Assembly: GCA_951406725.2 (NCBI GenBank)
Contig: OX597824.1
Span: 91,822,001 to 91,886,000 of the forward strand
Reading direction: 5' to 3'
Origin: Octopus vulgaris
Lineage: Eukaryota
Length of the DNA stretch: 64,000 nt
The translations under genes and the position numbers were made by a program. Below, piece after piece: positions 56,566 to 64,000 of this stretch (positions within the stretch are counted from its first letter, which is position 1; each line of letters begins with the position of its first letter). Under the pieces are notes generated by a model. The model saw nothing but the letters and a program-made list of their open reading frames with translations, did no database searches and was not told the origin of the DNA.

Positions 56566-56779
56566 AGGCGTGGTTGTGTGATAAGAAATTTTCGCCCCAA
56601 CCAGTGGGCCTGGTTTCAGTCCCACTGCGTGGCACCTTGGGCAATTGTTCGTACCCCGCACCGGCGTAAACCTTGTAAATGGATTTAATAGGCAGAAGCT
56701 GAAAGAAACCCATCTTGCGTGCATATGTATATATATACATGTGTATGTGTGTGTGTGTATGTGCGTTTGTGAAAATATG

Positions 56780-56849
<70 letters not shown>

Positions 56850-57280
56850 TGTGTGTGTATATATGTATATATGTATGTATATATATATTCTTTCATTCTT
56901 TTACTTCTTTCAGTCATATGACTACGGCCATGCTGGAGCACCGCCTTGAAGGGTTTCATTCGAACAAATCGAACCCAGAACGTGTTCTCTGTAAGCCTTG
57001 TACATATTCTATCGATCCCTTTTGCTGAACTGCTACATTTGGCGGGACGTAATCCACCAACACCAATTGTCAAGTGGTGACGGGTTTGGGACAAACACAG
57101 ATACAACGACACGCACATATAGAAATAATCATACACACACACACATATACATGACGAGCTTCCTTTCAGTTTCCGTCTACCAAATCTATTTAGAAGTCTC
57201 TGGTCAGCAGGAGGCTGCAATAGAAGATACTTGACCATGGTACCATGCAGTGGAACTGAACTCGGAACCATGTGGTTGGT
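56566..57280. mobile_element. Convergent SINE family A copies (+ 56566-56715; - 56890-57280)
   Basis: Head and core on the plus strand, near-complete copy on the minus strand. Confidence 0.75.
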
Positions 57281-57340
<60 letters not shown>

Positions 57341-58165
57341 TAAATCTGCATCTGTACACATGCTTACATGCTTATGTATTTGCGTGAATATCCATGTGTG
57401 TGTGTGTGAGTGTTTGTGTGTGCGTGTGTGCGTGTGTGTGTGTGCGCGCGTGTGTGTGCCCTTTAGTACCAATTCCTTGATTGTTGGCGTCCATGGGTCT
57501 CGAGGGGCCATGAGAGAACGTAGGTGACTAATTCTAGTGTTTTGATGAAGTAGAAAACCAAACCAACGGAATACCATAACATACATAAATATATACAGCA
57601 TATGATTGACAATTAAAAAAACATCAAAGCAACACATGTTTGTTTGTTTGTGTCTTGTCATGAAGCGATGAAGGAAGTATTAAATTGATCTCGTATTAAG
57701 ATTCATTTGTGTTCCGAAAGCTCCTCAGGTTTATCTATAAGTAGCCACTTTTATTTATTCAGATCCGTTGAGGCTTGCAATGTTAATTTGCTGTAGACTG
57801 AATGGTGCTAAAAAAAAACAAAAAAAGAAATTCTTTAAATTATTGTATTCATGCGTTAGTGTATCTCTTTCCCCGCCTCTATTATTTTCTTTGTTTTTGT
57901 TAACTTGAGAAATATTCACGAGTAGATTGGAGTGGGCGGCTTAAAGTATAAGAAGCTATTAAAATGTGTCGTAGTTTTAAAACACATTTGAGTAGATTAA
58001 TAGGCTTATCAACACAGCTGGTTTACACGCGCTTAGATTAACATTGCTTGCAAATATAAGGGGAATTTAGCTAAAACCGTCAAAATACACATCAAAAGCA
58101 CACACACATACACACACATTATCTGTTTCTGTCTTCATATATATATATATATATATATATATGTG

Positions 58166-58204
<39 letters not shown>

Positions 58205-58628
58205 TATATATACATATATATACATATATATATTTATACATATATATATATATATACACATATATATATATATACATATATATACATATATATATATACA
58301 TATATATATACACACACACACACACACATATGTATATATAACACACACACATATATATATATATACATCTATCTATGTATTTATCGATCAACAAAATTTT
58401 CAAGCTGTACACACACACATACACAAACACATACACACATGTATTATGTATGTATGTATGTATGTATGTATGTATGTATGTATGTATGTGTGTATGTATG
58501 TATGTATGGAGAGATGGATGGATGAGTGTGTGTTTAAATATTGATATGTGTGATTAGTGTGATGTGTGTGCGTGTGTGTTATGTGTAAGTGTATGCGTAT
58601 ATGTATGATTCCGTGCATGTAAGTCTAG

Positions 58629-58672
<44 letters not shown>

Positions 58673-58702
58673 AGGTTTGGAGATGATGTACAGGTATTAT
58701 AA

Positions 58703-58861
58703 ATTAGAAGAAATGAGGTACTCAGAAAATCGGATGGTTTATATTTACAGATATTTATTTGTATATTACATTTTTTATGATATATGATATATATAAAAAA
58801 TGTAATATACAAATAGATATCTGTAAATATAAACCATCCGATTTTCTGAGTACCTCATTTC

Positions 58862-58868
<7 letters not shown>
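58703..58868. repeat. Near-perfect fold-back (76-bp arms, 14-nt spacer, 1 mismatch) between (TA)n tracts
   Basis: 58703-58778 is the reverse complement of 58793-58868. Confidence 0.9.
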
Positions 58869-58922
<54 letters not shown>

Positions 58923-58927
58923 ATATG

Positions 58928-58959
<32 letters not shown>

Positions 58960-59080
58960 TAGTGTCTGATGTATGTTTAGAGCGCAGGTTGCGACAGCTC
59001 AATTGGAACGACTTCCGCCATCTGCAGTGATGTCATTGACGCGTACGGATTTGCAAATTACAATATATCGGTATGTGTAT

Positions 59081-59128
<48 letters not shown>

Positions 59129-59310
59129 GCATATGAATACATGCATATTATATATGTAGATGTGCATGTGTGTGCAATACATTTGTTTATATATATGTGT
59201 GTGTGTGAGTGTGCAAATATATATATATATATATATAAACACTCATACATATATATATATTCATATCTAGATAGATAATCTCTATCTGTCTGTCTGTCTG
59301 TCTGTCTATC

Positions 59311-59341
<31 letters not shown>

Positions 59342-60185
59342 ATATATATATATATAATACACACACAACACACATATATATATAAATATGGATTTTACTC
59401 AAAGAATATTGGAATAATACACATATATATTTATCTAGCTCATCTATCTATATATCTATCCGTCTATCTTTCTCTCCATCCATCTATCTATCCATCTACG
59501 TACCCTCCATCTGACTGTCTGTCAGTGTGTGTGTGTATCTCTGTCTCTATGTAAGTATGTATCCATATATCTTTATGCATATACATACACACACACAGAG
59601 ACACATACGTAAATACATACATACTATTATGTGGTCTAAAGAAGATTGGTGAAACAAGCGAAGGTGAGAAATACAAAAATCGAGATATGCGGAATGTTAA
59701 GAAGATCGAAAGAAGAGAAATTCTAATACGAAATGTCTACAGCGACTCGATACTCCTATTAATATTATATTATATACATAATTAAATGCTATTTCCGATA
59801 TATCTTATTTTAGATATGAGATTGTACGATTCCAGAAAAAGAAAATGAATAAATGATTATATTAATTTCCAAGGGGTCTATCTTTTCAATGTTTTTGTCT
59901 CTTCACTGCGTCACTCTGTTAATTTCTAATCCATATTCATCAACTACTTCCAAATATTACCCCGTTGGATACAACTAACTGCATCGTTAATTCCTTGCTA
60001 AATGACTGCGGTCTTTCCATAAACAATGTATTTATCCCTAATGCCGTTGTAGCCCCCTTGGGCTCTGTAGAAGTGTTACACGCATCATTATTCAATCTCA
60101 CAGGTCTCTCCTCCGTCCCACTCTTCGCCCTCTCTCTCTGTTTTGAACGGTTGAAATGCTACGCCATTTTATTTTTCGTTTCTGC

Positions 60186-60603
60186 TCTAGGCACGAAGCT
60201 CGAATTTTTTGTGGAGTGAGCCAGTTGATTAGATCTACCCCAGTACGCAACTGGTATTAATTTATCAACCCCGAGAGGATGAAAAGCAAAGTCGACCTAG
60301 GCAGAATTTGAACTCAGAACGTAAAGACAGATGAAATATCGCTAAGCATTTCGCCTGGTGTGCTAACGTTTCTTATTTCTTTACTGCCTACAAGGGGCTA
60401 ATCATAGAGGGGACAAACAAGGAGAGACAAACGGATTAAGTCGATTATATCGACCCCAGTGCGTAACTGGTACTTATTTAACCGATCCCGAAAAGATGAA
60501 AGGCAAAGTCGACCTCGGTGGAATTTGAACTCAGAACGTAACGGCAGACGAATACTGCTAAGCATTTCGCCCGGCGTGCTAACGTTTCTGCCAGCTCGCC
60601 GCC
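60186..60603 (-). mobile_element. SINE family D with tandem partial duplication
   Basis: Reverse complement of the family-D head and core, twice. Confidence 0.85.
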
Positions 60604-60674
60604 TTAACTCATTTGGTTATTGGAAGAAATAAAAGGCAAAATATAAAATCGCTTGTGTTTGAGTGAGAGGGAGG

Positions 60675-60740
<66 letters not shown>

Positions 60741-61029
60741 CGACGGACACTGAGAGAGCGGAAGAGAACGAGAGACACTGAGTGGGAAAGGAGAGAGAGG
60801 GAGAGATATGGAGAAGGAAAGAGAGAGAGAGAGAAGGGGGAAAGTACAGAAGTGAGTGAGCATGCGAGTCAGAGCTGATGCTTTAATAATTAACACTTAT
60901 GCATACATAAATGTATGTAGGTAGGGAGGAAAGTGAGTAGGTAGCGATGTAAATAGAAAGGCAAAGGTAGAGATATATATGCGTATATGTATGTATATGT
61001 ATATGTATACATATATAAATTCTTTTGTT

Positions 61030-61260
61030 TCTTTTCTTTGTTTCAGGCATTTGATTGCGGCTTTGCTGTAGTATGGACTTTAGTGGAACAAATTGAACTC
61101 AAGCGATTGTAGGGGAAAACACAGACACACACACACATATACGACGGGCTTCTTTTAGTTTCCGTCAACCAAATCCATTCACAAAGCTTTGGTCGACGCG
61201 AGGCTATAGTAGAAGATACTTGCCGGGACTGAACCCGTAACCATGTGGTTGGTATGCAAG
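61030..61260 (-). mobile_element. Internally deleted SINE family A
   Basis: Matches both ends of family A. Confidence 0.65.
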
Positions 61261-61271
61261 CCCACGTCTAC

Positions 61272-61318
<47 letters not shown>

Positions 61319-61334
61319 CCACATGCACAGCTCA

Positions 61335-61366
<32 letters not shown>

Positions 61367-61427
61367 TATATATGTATATATATATATGCATATATATATG
61401 TATGTATATATATATATATATATTATC

Positions 61428-61491
<64 letters not shown>

Positions 61492-62288
61492 GTGTGTGTA
61501 TGAATGTATTTATGCATTTATTTGTTATCAAGATCACACACACACGTACATATATTGTATCAGGTAAAAGACCATTTCAAATGTGAAAGAATCAGAAATA
61601 TATATTGCTACCAAATATCGATACTACAAACGGCAGCAGATAATTTTTTTTTTTACCTGATTTTGAAATGTCGTATACATGGCAACATTTAAACAACATG
61701 TCCAATAACGCAGTAATTCCTATATCAAATACAGAATCCTCCATTGCCAATTATATGTATATGTATATGTGTGTGTATGTGAGAGAGTGGTTATACGTTT
61801 TTTTTTTTAATGTACTTTTAACAAATTTGAGTGTTTTGACATAATTTACAGCGCAGTATGGCAGGCGTTTCTTCGTGGAAATCATTACAATTGAATTTAT
61901 GATCAAGTAATGGAAAAGTAATGAGGACAGTTTGGTAAAACTGGAGCAGTATATCGGGGAATAGATTCCTGTAGAGATATAGGTGTGAAGAACTTGAGGA
62001 AATATAATAAATACATGCATGAGAATGTGAGGATAATTTTGAAAACAAAGCAGGTAAATTTTGTAAATTTGACAGTATTTACGTGGGGGGAATCGTACGA
62101 CAGTTTGTATGTGTGGCCTTGTGGTATGCTGCCTGTACGTATGTGTGTTTGCGAAGCTACGTTTGGCTGTAAATAAATGTGTACATACACAACCACACAC
62201 CTACACATGCGCACTCATATTAAGAAGGAAGAAAGAGAGTGAGAGAGTAAGAGAGAGAGAGAGATGGAAGAAAGAAACAGAGGGAATG

Positions 62289-62330
<42 letters not shown>

Positions 62331-62410
62331 GTGAAAAAAAGTGGAAAGTGAAAATGCGTACATGTATGTCATGTGACAGTAATGATATTCAATCTGTACT
62401 TCTTTTGTCA

Positions 62411-62463
<53 letters not shown>

Positions 62464-62635
62464 TCATTACAATACAATTATTTTCTTTTCAATACAATAA
62501 ATAGTCTTATTTTCCAACCGCATGCATACTTGTCTCAGGGAAGCTTTTCCTAGCGTCGAACGGTTATCGAGTGCTATTTCCAGCAAAAATTGGTACCTTG
62601 TTCTGCTAGTAATTCATATACATACATACCTGTAT

Positions 62636-62732
<97 letters not shown>

Positions 62733-63021
62733 ATGCGGATTATAAATGTAAATTTATACCAGTAATAATTGTTGCACTCCGTTTCACGAGTAAATTGCGA
62801 TGTGGCTATTTGGATAAGCTTGGGTTTTTCGAAAGAAAGAAATCAACCAACTAACGCGCACATTACAAATACAATCCGTAAGTGGAACAGTAATGATACG
62901 CAAGAGTGTTCTCAAGTTTAGAATATGACATTGGCTTTTATTATCGACATTCTAATGTCTGACCATTGTATCTTTATTGCAAGAAGAGTTTAAATAATTG
63001 AAAACAGAAGATAACATATGT

Positions 63022-63096
<75 letters not shown>

Positions 63097-63099
<3 letters not shown>

Positions 63100-63656
63100 G
63101 GTTGTCCGGAAAATTCGTGCCGATTTATAGTAGATTACCTTTCGACTTATTTTAGAACATGCTTGAGTCCATAAAATAGGGTTTGACCACACCTCCATTT
63201 AGAGCACAGTTTAAGCTATCTTTTCGTGGAAGAAGGTTTATGTTCCTATAACCTGTGTTAATTCTGTAACCCTTTAAAATGGAAGATAAGAAAGTTCATT
63301 TTCGGCACTCGATGCTTTCGGAACCAGACAAAAATTGCTGCAGCTGGGCTGGGATATGTTACTCCACCCTCCATATTTACCAGATATTGCTCCTTCGGAT
63401 TTCCACTTATTCAGGTGGAATAGTCTCAATGGTAAAAATTTCAATTCCTTGGATAACGTAAAAAGATACCTTGATGAATTATTTGCCATGAAACCACCTT
63501 AATTCTGGGAAGAGGGTATTTTCAAGTTGAAGGACAGATGGAGACGCATTGTGCAACAAAATGGTTCATATTTGGTTGATTAAAAATCTAATGGCAAGTA
63601 TTTATTGACCTTTTTCTTTCCTTTAAAAATCGGCACGAACGTTCCGGACAACCCAA
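63097..63656 (+). mobile_element. Internally deleted mariner (560 bp)
   Basis: The TIRs are TCGGGTTGTCCGGAAAATTCGTGCCGATTT / AAATCGGCACGAACGTTCCGGACAACCCAA with flanking TA. MEDKKVHFRHSML is joined to LGWDMLLHPPYLPDIAPSDFHLFR. Confidence 0.92.
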
Positions 63657-63904
63657 TACATAACTTCATGAACATTGCTTGTACGAGATGTTTTTTAAAT
63701 ACTATCTACTACTAGTAATACGTTACCAGAGGAACAGAGGTTGTCTTCTGAAAAAATGTGAGTCTAAATAATTGGTGTTTGTAAAACCAACAGTTATTTA
63801 AAACAGTAGAAAGAAAAAAAATATGCAAAAAATGTCTACATGTGTGATTATTTCGGTAGGATGGCATATTTCAGCAAACAGGAGACATTACTCTATTACT
63901 CCTT

Positions 63905-64000
63905 TTTTCACTCTGTCACTGGTTTCAGTCATGTGACTGTGGCCATGCTGGAGCACCGCCTTTTGACGAGAAAATCGACCCCATGACTTATTTTTTGTAA
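63905..64000 (-). mobile_element. SINE family A 3' end (runs off window)
   Basis: tttcagtcat.tgactg.ggccatgctggagcaccgcc. Confidence 0.75.

Noticed and set aside
61852-62053. Plus-strand AG...GTAAAT exon-like interval
   Set aside because: It has stops in all three frames. A non-coding exon cannot be supported from sequence alone.

Overview
This is AT-rich, microsatellite-saturated animal genomic DNA. The SINE repertoire suggests an octopus (inference, not checked against a database). The one securely supported protein gene is a testis-specific Ser/Thr kinase (TSSK-like) on the minus strand. Exon 1 is 13791-13504 and exon 2 is 1525-1377, which the ORF track misses; they are joined by an ~12 kb phase-0 GT-AG intron, and the rest of the gene lies left of the window. 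Most other sequence is mobile-element derived: decayed mariner transposons and MITEs, at least four tRNA-derived SINE families, and 5'-truncated R4/Dong, CR1-group and RTE LINE fragments. The most striking pattern is about a dozen type-I hammerhead ribozyme (HHR) motifs, intact or decayed, from several sequence families. They sit in short elements lodged mostly in (TA)n tracts, arranged either as a unit plus a terminal direct repeat (588 and 484 bp units) or as long fold-backs. This resembles Penelope-like pLTRs or non-LTR retrozymes, and several copies carry a CCGAYGA core variant. Almost all ORFs in the supplied track are microsatellite artefacts. All alignments and folds were done by eye, so repeat boundaries are approximate.
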